From the IMG/VR virus record IMGVR_UViG_3300044729_001198, positions 96,001 to 160,000 of that record: DNA of 64,000 nucleotides. One strand, given 5' to 3'. A model generated the notes under the pieces. That model ran no database searches. It was given only the letters and a program-made list of their open reading frames with translations, and was not told the origin of the DNA. The stretch is from a virus. Both the position numbers and the translations under genes were made by a program. This document shows, one piece after another, positions 1 through 9,428 of this stretch; the stretch's first letter is position 1; the number at the start of each line of letters is the position of its first letter.

Positions 1-1113
<1,113 letters not shown>

Positions 1114-1725
1114 TTATTCTTCCTTTTTGTTTTTGTTGTATTTACTTTGTTCTTTTGCGATTGTTATTTGTTCGGCTCTCCACTCCGGCTGTTTACCTCG
1201 TAGATTACCTCGGAGATTATGAAAGCAATTATAACACAAGAATCTTAAATTTTCTCGTATATGATTGTGCCAGTCATCATCCATGTGGTCTAATACCAAT
1301 GGAATTGTTCCATCTGATATTCGTTTTTCATTATACCCACAACTATGACATTCATGTGGAAAATCTTCCAACTTATCAGCATTGTTAATCAATCTCTTTT
1401 TTAACAAATGGACTGAATAGTCAGGATACTTACCATCTAAAATATCTTGTAGAGCATACCTACCCTTATCAACATTGTAGGGTTTTTTTACACCTTCACC
1501 CTTTTGGTTTTTATGTAAGTCCCAAAGAGTTTTTCCGGTGGTCTCGTCTTTATATACTTTGGAGTATTTTTGATAGGTCGTTAATGATACATTCAAGAAT
1601 CTAGCAGCACCAGAATTTGATTTAGAGTTCTTCATCGCATATCGAATCTGAGCCTCTGTCAAATTCATTGGGGTTCTACCCATCCCAAGAACATAACCAT
1701 TAGGTAATTTATGACCTTTTTTCAT
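1114..1725 (-). CDS. HNH endonuclease with N-terminal HTH-like region and Zn-binding Cys pairs
   Basis: CHSC...LVLDHMDDDWHNHIRENLRFLCYNC matches the HNH/Zn-finger pattern; the N-terminus has an AARFLNVSLTTY HTH-like segment. Confidence 0.8.
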   Translation of the reverse strand: MKKGHKLPNGYVLGMGRTPMNLTEAQIRYAMKNSKSNSGAARFLNVSLTTYQKYSKVYKDETTGKTLWDLHKNQKGEGVKKPYNVDKGRYALQDILDGKYPDYSVHLLKKRLINNADKLEDFPHECHSCGYNEKRISDGTIPLVLDHMDDDWHNHIRENLRFLCYNCFHNLRGNLRGKQPEWRAEQITIAKEQSKYNKNKKEE

Positions 1726-1744
1726 TTATCGTAACTCCATTTAT

Positions 1745-1752
1745 AATAAATA
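1745..1752 (-). promoter_or_regulatory. TATTTAT(A/T) motif, putative phage late promoter
   Basis: Sense-strand TATTTATT about 20 nt upstream of the HNH ATG; the motif recurs across the window. Confidence 0.45.
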
Positions 1753-1758
1753 CACGAT

Positions 1759-2007
1759 TTAATATTTTCGGATTATAGTTTGTAAAAATTCGAAATCAAA
1801 ATTGTTCATTAATTCATCCTTTTTCAATAACTTTGACTCAATATCATATAATCCTCTACGGTCATAGTATGCTTCAATACCATGAATGATTCGGTCATTC
1901 ATATAAGCATAAAACTTAACACTTTGAAAGATTCTTTTTTGTCTATTGAGTTCATTACCCAATAAATCGTTGAGTTTTTTGTTAGTTGTATAGATGTCTA
2001 CTTCCAT
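1759..2007 (-). CDS. Hypothetical protein (82 aa)
   Basis: ORF on the coding strand, overlapping the upstream gene. Confidence 0.55.
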   Translation of the reverse strand: MEVDIYTTNKKLNDLLGNELNRQKRIFQSVKFYAYMNDRIIHGIEAYYDRRGLYDIESKLLKKDELMNNFDFEFLQTIIRKY

Positions 2008-2342
2008 AATACTTGAATTAATACAATAATTAAAGATAATCCTAAAGAAACAAGGGTTTTCGTGTTCATACCCTCATTCATAAAAAAGTAAGTCATTACA
2101 GTGAATGACACAATGCCCAATCCAAATCCAATGAATCTAACGGGCCACAAAGCGCCGTTGAAATACGGCACCATATACCGAGTTGAGGTTATAAATAGGA
2201 ATGATAATACAGACCCAAAGACCACGGATAAAATGATGGGGTTACGTCTAAACCAATCCCAAACAAATTGTCCGTTTGTCTGAATCCATACCAATGATTG
2301 ACCCATTAGCATCAGTACCATTCCTATAATTAAATTCCTCAA
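1998..2342 (-). CDS. Small 4-TM membrane protein (SMR/DMT-like)
   Basis: 114 aa with four hydrophobic helices; the TTG start overlaps the TGA stop of the upstream small ORF. Confidence 0.6.
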   Translation of the reverse strand: MRNLIIGMVLMLMGQSLVWIQTNGQFVWDWFRRNPIILSVVFGSVLSFLFITSTRYMVPYFNGALWPVRFIGFGLGIVSFTVMTYFFMNEGMNTKTLVSLGLSLIIVLIQVLWK

Positions 2343-2488
2343 TCCTCGTAATTTTCGTATTCAAACTCCGTGGATTGTTTTTCTTTTAACCACGATTCAT
2401 AATGATAAGCGTCATCGATGTAATCTTCAGATTCATCGGTAATTTCAGCTTCTCGGAGTTGTTCAAACCAACGCTTTGTTATACTCAT
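2339..2488 (-). CDS. Small acidic protein (49 aa, not in ORF track)
   Basis: MSITKRWFEQLREAEITDESEDYIDDAYHYESWLKEKQSTEFEYENYED; ATGA-coupled to the groES stop and TTGA-coupled to the next gene. Confidence 0.6.
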   Translation of the reverse strand: MSITKRWFEQLREAEITDESEDYIDDAYHYESWLKEKQSTEFEYENYED

Positions 2489-2769
2489 TTTACTTCTACC
2501 ATTAAGATTTCACCTTCACGATACAAATTGTATTTATCACCCTCAAGTTTGAGTTGGATACCTGTGTTTGGTACGATGATGGTATCACCGGCTTTTAAAG
2601 ACATTGGGATGAGATTACCATTTTGAGTATAGATTCCAGGTCCAACTGAAATAACCTCACCTCTCATTTGTTCTTTTACTGATTCGGGTCTATACAACCC
2701 ACCTTTGGTTTTTTCATCCTCTCGGATGATTTTTACTAAAACGTAATCGTTCAATGGTTTATAGTTCAT
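2485..2769 (-). CDS. groES: Co-chaperonin GroES
   Basis: KPLNDYVLVK...TKGGLY...GEVISVGPG...LKAGD...YREGEIL, 94 aa. Confidence 0.95.
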   Translation of the reverse strand: MNYKPLNDYVLVKIIREDEKTKGGLYRPESVKEQMRGEVISVGPGIYTQNGNLIPMSLKAGDTIIVPNTGIQLKLEGDKYNLYREGEILMVEVK

Positions 2770-2788
2770 AACTTTCCTTTAATTTTAA

Positions 2789-2820
2789 CAAATATACGAA
2801 ATTAATTTGACATATCCAAA
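2789..2820 (-). promoter_or_regulatory. Bacteroidota-type sigma70 promoter for groES
   Basis: Minus strand TTTG-N20-TATATTTG, an exact match to the TTTG/TAnnTTTG consensus. Confidence 0.8.
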
Positions 2821-2823
2821 CAT

Positions 2824-3273
2824 CTACCAAAAATCCCCATTCACAAAGTCTTTTTGGCGTCTTGCTTGTTTTTTTAGAGCAACCTTGTCGTCATTAGATA
2901 ACTCCTTACTTTTTACTTTTTTATTAACAATTGGTACTTCTTTTTTAGGACGTGACCTAGCAACCTCATTTAAAATACGAGTACGTTCGGCATCGGTCAT
3001 ACTACTTGTCAATACTGAAGAAACATAACAATATGGGTCTCGTGGGTCATCTAACTCAATATCATAATAAATACACCCAATTGTACTTACCGACCTAACT
3101 CTATAGGTGGCATATCCATCTTTTGTGAACTCCAACTTTTCAACATAAGCGAGTTCCTTAACACCAAACCATTTTATAGCAATCGGCTCATATGGTTGAT
3201 ATTGATGCTTCTTGCGTCTACGTTTATCTTTGTTTACGTTTCGTACTTTGGGTAATAATGGTTCTTTACTCAT
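2824..3273 (-). CDS. Hypothetical basic protein
   Basis: ORF; start set at MSKEP because of the ATGA overlap with the upstream stop. Confidence 0.6.
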   Translation of the reverse strand: MSKEPLLPKVRNVNKDKRRRKKHQYQPYEPIAIKWFGVKELAYVEKLEFTKDGYATYRVRSVSTIGCIYYDIELDDPRDPYCYVSSVLTSSMTDAERTRILNEVARSRPKKEVPIVNKKVKSKELSNDDKVALKKQARRQKDFVNGDFW

Positions 3274-3647
3274 GACCACCAATTGTCTATATGTTTTTCT
3301 AAAAGTTTAAATAAAATACGTTTGGCCTTTTGATGTTGATTATAATGATATTCAACTACCCAGCGGTCATTAACAACATCACCACTCGGTAACCTATCAA
3401 ATAGTTGTTCAATGTAATATTCATTCTGAACCCTATCTAACAGTTTGAGTATGGTTTGTCCTCGTTGGTACTGATAATCAAACACCACAATTTCTTCTTC
3501 TTGAATGTGTTCGAGTTGAAACTCTATTTTCTTTTTCAGAATTTCATAAACATAGTAGTAATCCCAATCCCTATCTTTCCATATGATGGGAGCCCATCGA
3601 ATCATATTTCTAATACGACTCACAAATGTTTTAAATTTGTGTAACAT
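3270..3647 (-). CDS. Hypothetical phage protein (WxDRDWD motif)
   Basis: 125-aa ORF coupled to its neighbours. Confidence 0.6.
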   Translation of the reverse strand: MLHKFKTFVSRIRNMIRWAPIIWKDRDWDYYYVYEILKKKIEFQLEHIQEEEIVVFDYQYQRGQTILKLLDRVQNEYYIEQLFDRLPSGDVVNDRWVVEYHYNQHQKAKRILFKLLEKHIDNWWS

Positions 3648-3649
3648 GA

Positions 3650-4018
3650 TTAGATGTTGATGTTTTCGAGACCACCATTCTTTTCAACTTGGATAGCGAT
3701 AGCTCTTTGTTCTTCGGGACGTTCCTCACTTGAGTTGTTGATAAGGATACGTTCAGCACGACCAATTCCCATCACCAATTGGTGGAATGGAATACCCAAG
3801 TTTTTCATCTCGATTTCAGTAGTGTTTCGTAGGTATTCAGGTCGAGCGGTAGTCAACACAATGTGGTGACCTTCGTTATACCACTTGTTCATTTTCTCAA
3901 CAGCACCGGGCAGAGCACGACTGGTATGTGGGTTAATTTCTTCAAAACGGACTTGATGAACCAAAGTTCCGTCAATGTCACTAAAAATGGTCATGGGTTT
4001 CATATTTCTCTCAATCAT
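3650..4018 (-). CDS. HAD-superfamily phosphatase
   Basis: Motif I IFSDIDGTL and motif II VLTTAR; start moved downstream of the promoter -7 element. Confidence 0.75.
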   Translation of the reverse strand: MIERNMKPMTIFSDIDGTLVHQVRFEEINPHTSRALPGAVEKMNKWYNEGHHIVLTTARPEYLRNTTEIEMKNLGIPFHQLVMGIGRAERILINNSSEERPEEQRAIAIQVEKNGGLENINI

Positions 4019-4024
4019 TACTAA

Positions 4025-4056
4025 CAAATATACAAATTATTTTTCATACTGCCAAA
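4025..4056 (-). promoter_or_regulatory. Bacteroidota-type promoter
   Basis: TTTG-N20-TATATTTG. Confidence 0.8.
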
Positions 4057-4062
4057 CATTTC

Positions 4063-4082
4063 AATGTTAAGTTTATGTTAAA
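4063..4082 (-). promoter_or_regulatory. TTAACAT direct-repeat element upstream of the -33 box
   Basis: TTTAACATAAACTTAACATT; a near-identical copy lies at 8616-8635 in the same position relative to a promoter. Confidence 0.5.
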
Positions 4083-4260
4083 TACACAATTTTTCACGGA
4101 GGCGTTTGATATGTTTACACTCGGAGTATCTACGGAATTGTCCAGCAGGACACTCACAACTAAATGACTTGTGTTCATATGAAGTCACTATATAATATTT
4201 GAGTTTTCCGGTCTTCTTGTCTCGGGAACCCATTTCTTTGTATTTCTGAATCCAACTCAT
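4078..4260 (-). CDS. Small SWIM-type zinc-finger protein
   Basis: FSCECPAGQFRRYSECKHI matches the CxC...CKH SWIM pattern. Confidence 0.65.
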   Translation of the reverse strand: MSWIQKYKEMGSRDKKTGKLKYYIVTSYEHKSFSCECPAGQFRRYSECKHIKRLREKLCI

Positions 4261-4278
4261 AGTCTCAATCTTACTTTG

Positions 4279-4310
4279 TAAAGATACGAAACTATTTTGA
4301 TAATGCCAAA
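4279..4310 (-). promoter_or_regulatory. Bacteroidota-type promoter (variant)
   Basis: TTTG-N20-TATCTTTA upstream of the SWIM gene. Confidence 0.6.
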
Positions 4311-4314
4311 TTTT

Positions 4315-4959
4315 TTATGCTTTTTTTGGAAAAATATTTGAAAGTTTGCTTTGCGTTGGTTTAGAATCCCACAAATTGTCAAAGTTATCCCACTTACCAT
4401 ATCCAAAGTTATCATAGTCTTGCTTGAATCTCTCATAGACCAACTCACGAAGTTCTACCTCATCCCAACTAACGTTCGATGGTACTTTCAGTCTTCCCAA
4501 ATTCATCTGGTCTATTACAATATCATTGGGCATAAATGGTAAATTGAATATGTCTTCAGACCAAGTTTCGGCATGAATTATATAATCAATTCGTGATTCA
4601 AATTGTGTAATAACTCTCCACTCCGATAAAGCATCACATCTTTCTAATGGGAATTTTTTAAGAGCATCCAAGGGGTCAGTCGTACCACTTGGTAATTCAG
4701 TACCATCCACTTGGTCATGTTTCCAATACGAAATCCATCTATAATATGGATGTCTAACTGAAACTATATGTAAATATTCATTAGGACATTCTTTGGGCCA
4801 ATTGTTTTCATGAGTAAACACGGGCCATCTCTGATTTGCTAATGGTGTTTGTATGTGTGGATTCAAATCACAATACTTACGAAACACTTCAGCCGTGCTT
4901 CTACTAGCAACCTTTGGTGGGCAATGCCAAACAAACCTATATTTGTGAGAATAATTCAT
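4315..4959 (-). CDS. Sulfotransferase (Sulfotransfer_2-like)
   Basis: PAPS-binding-type motifs FVWHCPPKVASRS and SVRHPYYRWISYW. Confidence 0.7.
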   Translation of the reverse strand: MNYSHKYRFVWHCPPKVASRSTAEVFRKYCDLNPHIQTPLANQRWPVFTHENNWPKECPNEYLHIVSVRHPYYRWISYWKHDQVDGTELPSGTTDPLDALKKFPLERCDALSEWRVITQFESRIDYIIHAETWSEDIFNLPFMPNDIVIDQMNLGRLKVPSNVSWDEVELRELVYERFKQDYDNFGYGKWDNFDNLWDSKPTQSKLSNIFPKKA

Positions 4960-5543
4960 TAAAGTTCGGTATCGAAGAAGAATGTCTGAAACAATCTACC
5001 ATCGTACAAATCTTGTCCAAAATAATCCAATGACATATGAAAATTATCACCACGATACATCACAAGTCTATTGTATCTATTAGCAAGTCTATCTACCAAT
5101 TCCCATTTAGTCATGTCTTGGGAATCTTTATATATTGACTTTAATACTTCTTGATTGTAAGTACCATCTTCATTTCGAGGCGCGGTGAACAATCCCGTTG
5201 GTTTGTGTTTGAATAATCCCGTACCGGAACTCAACGGAGCATCGGGTGTTAAATAACAAACAGCAGCCCACTTCGTAGTTTGGTCAGCATGAATCCAACT
5301 TCTATCTCTCGAAGTTGTATATTGATAAGCACCTGTGTATTGTTCTTCAGACCAATAAGTCACATTTCCATAAAAAGGTTTGACAACCGACTGAATGGTT
5401 TCTTTCATTGAGTCGTTCAGAAACGTTTGTGTTCTTGGTCCTGGATAATTTCCACGAACTGAAAAATCTTGTTGTAGAGCGAATTCTCTAACAGTGTCTA
5501 CGTCCGAGTAGAAATCATCAATAATGTAAGCTGATATTTGCAT
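4959..5543 (-). CDS. DUF6445-like / 2OG-Fe(II) oxygenase-fold protein
   Basis: IIDDFYSD...YPGPRT...WIHAD...WAAVCYLTP...GTGLF...YNRLVMY...FHMS, showing an HxD...H facial-triad pattern. Confidence 0.7.
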   Translation of the reverse strand: MQISAYIIDDFYSDVDTVREFALQQDFSVRGNYPGPRTQTFLNDSMKETIQSVVKPFYGNVTYWSEEQYTGAYQYTTSRDRSWIHADQTTKWAAVCYLTPDAPLSSGTGLFKHKPTGLFTAPRNEDGTYNQEVLKSIYKDSQDMTKWELVDRLANRYNRLVMYRGDNFHMSLDYFGQDLYDGRLFQTFFFDTEL

Positions 5544-5560
5544 AACTAATTTTGGTTTGT

Positions 5561-6481
5561 TTATTTCATGTTTGCTGTGATTGATTCGGGAGCATTACCT
5601 TTAATCCAACCGAATAAAGTATCTTTCCACAATTTTTCTGGCAAGATAGAACCACCTGCCTTTTTAACAGGCAATGATAAGAATCCCTTGGTAGCACCGG
5701 TTAATTTATTACCATCTTTGTCGTAATAAAATACAGTATGTTCAGGATTGTTTAGAATCACATCAACTCTACCATTCATGCCCTTTGGCATGGCTTTAGT
5801 GACAAGCCCCCAAACAGTATTAGCAGCACCCTCATGAGTACCTAAAAGAATATCTTCAGGAACTACCCGTGACCTACCTTTGTTATTTTTAAGTGCAATA
5901 TTGTAATTAGTCAATACCCATGTCAAGTGAATGTTTTCTGGCTTGTAACCAGCTTCTTCCAACTCTACCATGTACTCGGTGATTGAACTAACTTTCTTTG
6001 CAGTAATATCAAATAAGATGTTCGGTAATACTTCAGGATTATCTTTACCAGCCAATAGAGCAGTTAATGTCTTATCCTTCAAGCCCATTGCATCTACAAT
6101 CGTATGTAGTGCGTACACATTCTCCGGCTTTCTCATATCCCACTTGTAGAACGGAACACCTTTATCTTTAACTAATTGAATTTTCTCCATGTCTGATGGA
6201 GTTATATTTTTACCAAATCTTTTTAAGACGTTATTAAGGTTTAGCTTTTTTAATCGATTCAACTTTTGAAGATTGCTTTTCATAGCATCCACATCACGGA
6301 CTTTGAATCCAGCCGAATCAATAAAGTTATCAATAGCCCAACCCTTACCACTACCAGCACCACCGGCAAGGAATACCACTTGACCATATGGTTTTCTATT
6401 ATTGTAAGTAATCAGTTTTTCATCAAGTTGTTCTTCCTTGATTACTTCTAATATAAATTTTGCAAGATTTGGGAATTTCAT
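5561..6481 (-). CDS. P-loop kinase/ATPase with acidic xxE leader (probable virion-associated)
   Basis: Walker A VVFLAGGAGSGKG; N-terminal FILE-VIKE-EQLDE leader. Confidence 0.7.
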   Translation of the reverse strand: MKFPNLAKFILEVIKEEQLDEKLITYNNRKPYGQVVFLAGGAGSGKGWAIDNFIDSAGFKVRDVDAMKSNLQKLNRLKKLNLNNVLKRFGKNITPSDMEKIQLVKDKGVPFYKWDMRKPENVYALHTIVDAMGLKDKTLTALLAGKDNPEVLPNILFDITAKKVSSITEYMVELEEAGYKPENIHLTWVLTNYNIALKNNKGRSRVVPEDILLGTHEGAANTVWGLVTKAMPKGMNGRVDVILNNPEHTVFYYDKDGNKLTGATKGFLSLPVKKAGGSILPEKLWKDTLFGWIKGNAPESITANMK

Positions 6482-6657
6482 TTATTTTCCTTGGTTTTGT
6501 AGGGAAACACTTTGTTTAGAGTTTGTTGCCTAGCAGCACAACCACAATCTTCTGCCCCAACGGCTTTAGCTATTTGTTCTGCTAATACATCTAATTTTGT
6601 AGCTGATGTAATTTTAGCTATTGTATCACCAAGTCCTTTAGATTGATTCGTTTCCAT
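6478..6657 (-). CDS. Small GLGD...CGC protein (59 aa, not in ORF track)
   Basis: METNQSKGLGDTIAKITSATKLDVLAEQIAKAVGAEDCGCAARQQTLNKVFPYKTKENK; ATGA-coupled to the downstream gene; resembles a family I recognise from Bacteroidota phages. Confidence 0.7.
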   Translation of the reverse strand: METNQSKGLGDTIAKITSATKLDVLAEQIAKAVGAEDCGCAARQQTLNKVFPYKTKENK

Positions 6658-6880
6658 ATTCTTTTATTTCTACTTTAAATCCGTTTTTCGTAAATACTTC
6701 ATAGATTTGTTCAATCTCCGAAGCATCACCACTTTTAATTTCACATCTACCCACTGTATGTGTAATCTCAGCAATTGAACACCCATGTATCAAGGTATAA
6801 CCAAGATATCGTTTCAATATGGATACTACATCATCGAATGAGTGTACGTCATCATTTAATAAATATAGTTTAGATTTCAT
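6638..6880 (-). CDS. clpS: ClpS-like N-degron adaptor
   Basis: LYLLNDDVHSFDDVVSIL...AEITHTVGRCEIKSG matches the ClpS core (NDD-H-F-V...H-G). Confidence 0.75.
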   Translation of the reverse strand: MKSKLYLLNDDVHSFDDVVSILKRYLGYTLIHGCSIAEITHTVGRCEIKSGDASEIEQIYEVFTKNGFKVEIKEYGNESI

Positions 6881-7068
6881 TAAATGTCGTAGATTATTGT
6901 TTCGGTGGTATTATATTCCGATTTGAATTTACTAATATAAATTGGTAGTTCAACTTCATTTGCTATTTCAGCAACTACAGGCCTACCATCGTCATTCATA
7001 ACATAGATGATGAATGGTTTATTAATTGTTTCTACTTCACCACCAACTCGTTTGATTATTATTTTCAT
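6880..7068 (-). CDS. Hypothetical protein (62 aa)
   Basis: ORF coupled to clpS. Confidence 0.5.
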   Translation of the reverse strand: MKIIIKRVGGEVETINKPFIIYVMNDDGRPVVAEIANEVELPIYISKFKSEYNTTETIIYDI

Positions 7069-7255
7069 TGTCCTTCTCCATAACCTTTAGCAGTTCTTGA
7101 AGATGAATACATTTTTCATACTCTTCTACAACAGTATAGTATTCGGTCAAGTTACTAATTAGGTTTTTCTTAACGATATCATCCACATTGTTTGGATTGT
7201 ACAATAATATGCTGTACACTTCATCCATAGCTTTATGTTTGAAATCTATACCCAT
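7037..7255 (-). CDS. Hypothetical protein with UVR-like EEYEKC helical motif
   Basis: YTVVEEYEKCIHLQELL resembles UvrB/UvrC-motif helices. Confidence 0.5.
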   Translation of the reverse strand: MGIDFKHKAMDEVYSILLYNPNNVDDIVKKNLISNLTEYYTVVEEYEKCIHLQELLKVMEKDNENNNQTSWW

Positions 7256-7275
7256 AAGTATGAAAAATTAATTAA

Positions 7276-7659
7276 TTAAAACAAAAAACTCTGAGCAGAG
7301 AAAAAGATTAAACCAATGACTGATGTGAAAAGTATCCAAAGAGCTCTGTTTACACCCTCTTTCCAATCCAACATCTTTTCTAATTCTTTTATTTTATTTT
7401 CGTAATAATCTTCTTTACGTTCTTTTTCAAGTCTGAACTCGGTATTACGATTTACTCTAACAATAACCCCATTTTCAGGATTAAGTAGAGTATATTTTAT
7501 TTCAGAAACATCTTCTTTGATGTCTATGTAGTTTTCTTTCATTTCTTGAATGGACAGTTCCATTCGTTTTAACTCCCCATTTGGGAGTTTTGTTTTCATT
7601 TCAGAGATTTCGTGTAATATACTCTCTAATATTTGAGCCTGCGTTTTCGTAGTAGCCAT
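7276..7659 (-). CDS. Coiled-coil protein with C-terminal TM anchor
   Basis: 127 aa; hydrophobic tail ALWILFTSVIGLIFF. Confidence 0.6.
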   Translation of the reverse strand: MATTKTQAQILESILHEISEMKTKLPNGELKRMELSIQEMKENYIDIKEDVSEIKYTLLNPENGVIVRVNRNTEFRLEKERKEDYYENKIKELEKMLDWKEGVNRALWILFTSVIGLIFFSAQSFLF

Positions 7660-7696
7660 AGGTTTCCTATATCGGGGTTTTGTAAACTAAACTGAT

Positions 7697-7704
7697 TATA
7701 AATA
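7697..7704 (-). promoter_or_regulatory. TATTTATA motif (putative late promoter)
   Basis: Intergenic, upstream of the gene starting at 7659. Confidence 0.5.
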
Positions 7705-7705
7705 G

Positions 7706-8275
7706 TTACAAAAGTCTTTTAAATTGGTCAGAGTAGTATTGTTCTAACAATTCTTTTCTTTCCATGGTGGTTAAATGTTCGACAGCCAGAACGGATTTAA
7801 CTCTAATATTAGGATACTTGTCTTGTAATTGAGCTACGGCTTTTACGTTTTTAATCGAGTCATCCATAAATGCAATGTCGGTGTATCCACTTTTAATGTG
7901 TTTTTCAATCCAATCAGCTTTTGCCTGTGGATTAGCATCACCAAGTGCAACAACATAGACATCTACACCCAAATTCTTCTTGAACCAATACTTGACAGGA
8001 AATCCTAACTTACGAGCAGTAAGAATGGTAACTTTCTTTTCAGGACTTGAAATCATTCTTCGTAACAAATCCACATTCTTTTTGATAACCTTTGGATTAT
8101 TCAACATTCTATTAAAATCACGATAGTCGAATGTATCACCTACTTTTGGTTCATAGACAGCATATTCGGCTGGGTCAAGGGTACTTTCAGTACCATCCGA
8201 ATGCTTTACATAAATATATGACACACTTTTCGCAAGCGTGTCATCGAAATCAAAAACTCTTAACGTTTTACCCAT
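7706..8275 (-). CDS. HAD-superfamily hydrolase (PNK-phosphatase-like)
   Basis: VFDFDDTL, ILTAR and FMDDSIKNV (HAD motifs I, II and IV). Confidence 0.8.
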   Translation of the reverse strand: MGKTLRVFDFDDTLAKSVSYIYVKHSDGTESTLDPAEYAVYEPKVGDTFDYRDFNRMLNNPKVIKKNVDLLRRMISSPEKKVTILTARKLGFPVKYWFKKNLGVDVYVVALGDANPQAKADWIEKHIKSGYTDIAFMDDSIKNVKAVAQLQDKYPNIRVKSVLAVEHLTTMERKELLEQYYSDQFKRLL

Positions 8276-8278
8276 GTA

Positions 8279-8286
8279 TATAAATA
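8279..8286 (-). promoter_or_regulatory. TATTTATA motif (putative late promoter)
   Basis: Ends 3 nt before the ATG at 8275. Confidence 0.55.
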
Positions 8287-8312
8287 TTACTATTTCATGA
8301 TTGACATACTAA

Positions 8313-8567
8313 TTAGACGTACATTTCTGAATTTGAGAATGACAAGTGAAGTTCAGCCAAGTCTTTGGCGACCTTTTTAGGATTTAGAAGTTTTTCAGCG
8401 AACACCTCAACTCGGTGAGCATTCACAAACTTCTCTGCGTTTTCATATCCAAGAAACGACTTCAACAATTTTTTACGAAGAATAACATTGTAAACTTCTT
8501 GACCATTTAACTGGCGACCAGCCAACTCAATTTTGTAAGGACGAACACTTTTCATAATATCTCTCAT
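8313..8567 (-). CDS. Hypothetical protein (84 aa)
   Basis: ORF downstream of a Bacteroidota-type promoter. Confidence 0.6.
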   Translation of the reverse strand: MRDIMKSVRPYKIELAGRQLNGQEVYNVILRKKLLKSFLGYENAEKFVNAHRVEVFAEKLLNPKKVAKDLAELHLSFSNSEMYV

Positions 8568-8578
8568 TGATTACAGAG

Positions 8579-8610
8579 TAAAGATACTATTTGTTTTTGA
8601 ATAAACCAAG
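8579..8610 (-). promoter_or_regulatory. Bacteroidota-type promoter (variant)
   Basis: CTTG-N20-TATCTTTA. Confidence 0.6.
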
Positions 8611-8615
8611 CGTTT

Positions 8616-8635
8616 AATGTTAAATTTATGTTAAA
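8616..8635 (-). promoter_or_regulatory. TTAACAT direct-repeat element upstream of the -33 box
   Basis: TTTAACATAAATTTAACATT, 19/20 identical to 4063-4082. Confidence 0.5.
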
Positions 8636-8667
8636 CTTATCAACAAGTTATTAACATTATTTTAGTG

Positions 8668-9426
8668 TTATTTCAAATTAGGAATACCACCAATTTTTGG
8701 AATTCTAACTTTCCAAGCGGTGTATATCTTTTTACGAGTGATTGGATTGATAATACCATCATCAACCAATGAATCTAAATAATCATCAACCACATCTTGA
8801 TATGGTTTCTTCAACGTCTTGGCTTTAGAATACAATCCGTGAATGTTAGCATCAACCTCTTTTGGTAATAAGAAGTATTTGTAGAACAATTCTGGGTTTT
8901 GTCTGATTTTGACTCTCATGGCCTCATCACCACGGAGTAGTTTTGATAACTTCAAAGCAGCTGAATCTTTACCATGTGTCAAGTGTTCAATCTCATGTCT
9001 TACCAAATCACGAAGAACTGGCTGAATTTTTGAGAATATTTTTTCGTTATCATCGGGGTGTACTGCAACATTCACTTCGATTGATGGGAAATCGGAATCA
9101 GCTTCAGCGTGACCATCCATGAAAAACTTACCCGGCGTAACGCCATCTTCAGTCACAGCAAACTTTAAATGAACTTCAACATCTACGCCCGATACTGAAT
9201 CTGAAAACTCACCAACGTACAAAGTTCGGTCTTCAGTTTGAAACAAAGTTTGCATATCACTAAATGGCATTGGGTCTTTACGAACAACGTAACCCTTGTA
9301 CTTCTTTGGTGATTCTTGAGTACCTGACCCTTTTAGAGCGTTCTTCATCGTAACGAACACAGCCTTGTTGATTTCACCCGTAAGTTTATCGTACATTCCT
9401 TCTAATATGAGATTCTTTAACTTCAT
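8668..9426 (-). CDS. HExxH zincin-like protein with MKLKNLILE leader
   Basis: LVRHEIEHLTH followed by PKEVDA (possible third-ligand Glu). Confidence 0.65.
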   Translation of the reverse strand: MKLKNLILEGMYDKLTGEINKAVFVTMKNALKGSGTQESPKKYKGYVVRKDPMPFSDMQTLFQTEDRTLYVGEFSDSVSGVDVEVHLKFAVTEDGVTPGKFFMDGHAEADSDFPSIEVNVAVHPDDNEKIFSKIQPVLRDLVRHEIEHLTHGKDSAALKLSKLLRGDEAMRVKIRQNPELFYKYFLLPKEVDANIHGLYSKAKTLKKPYQDVVDDYLDSLVDDGIINPITRKKIYTAWKVRIPKIGGIPNLK

Positions 9427-9428
9427 TA

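Noticed and set aside
4257-4448. 63-aa minus-strand ORF overlapping the sulfotransferase end
   Set aside because: It overlaps a supported gene in another frame and spans a promoter-like element; likely spurious.
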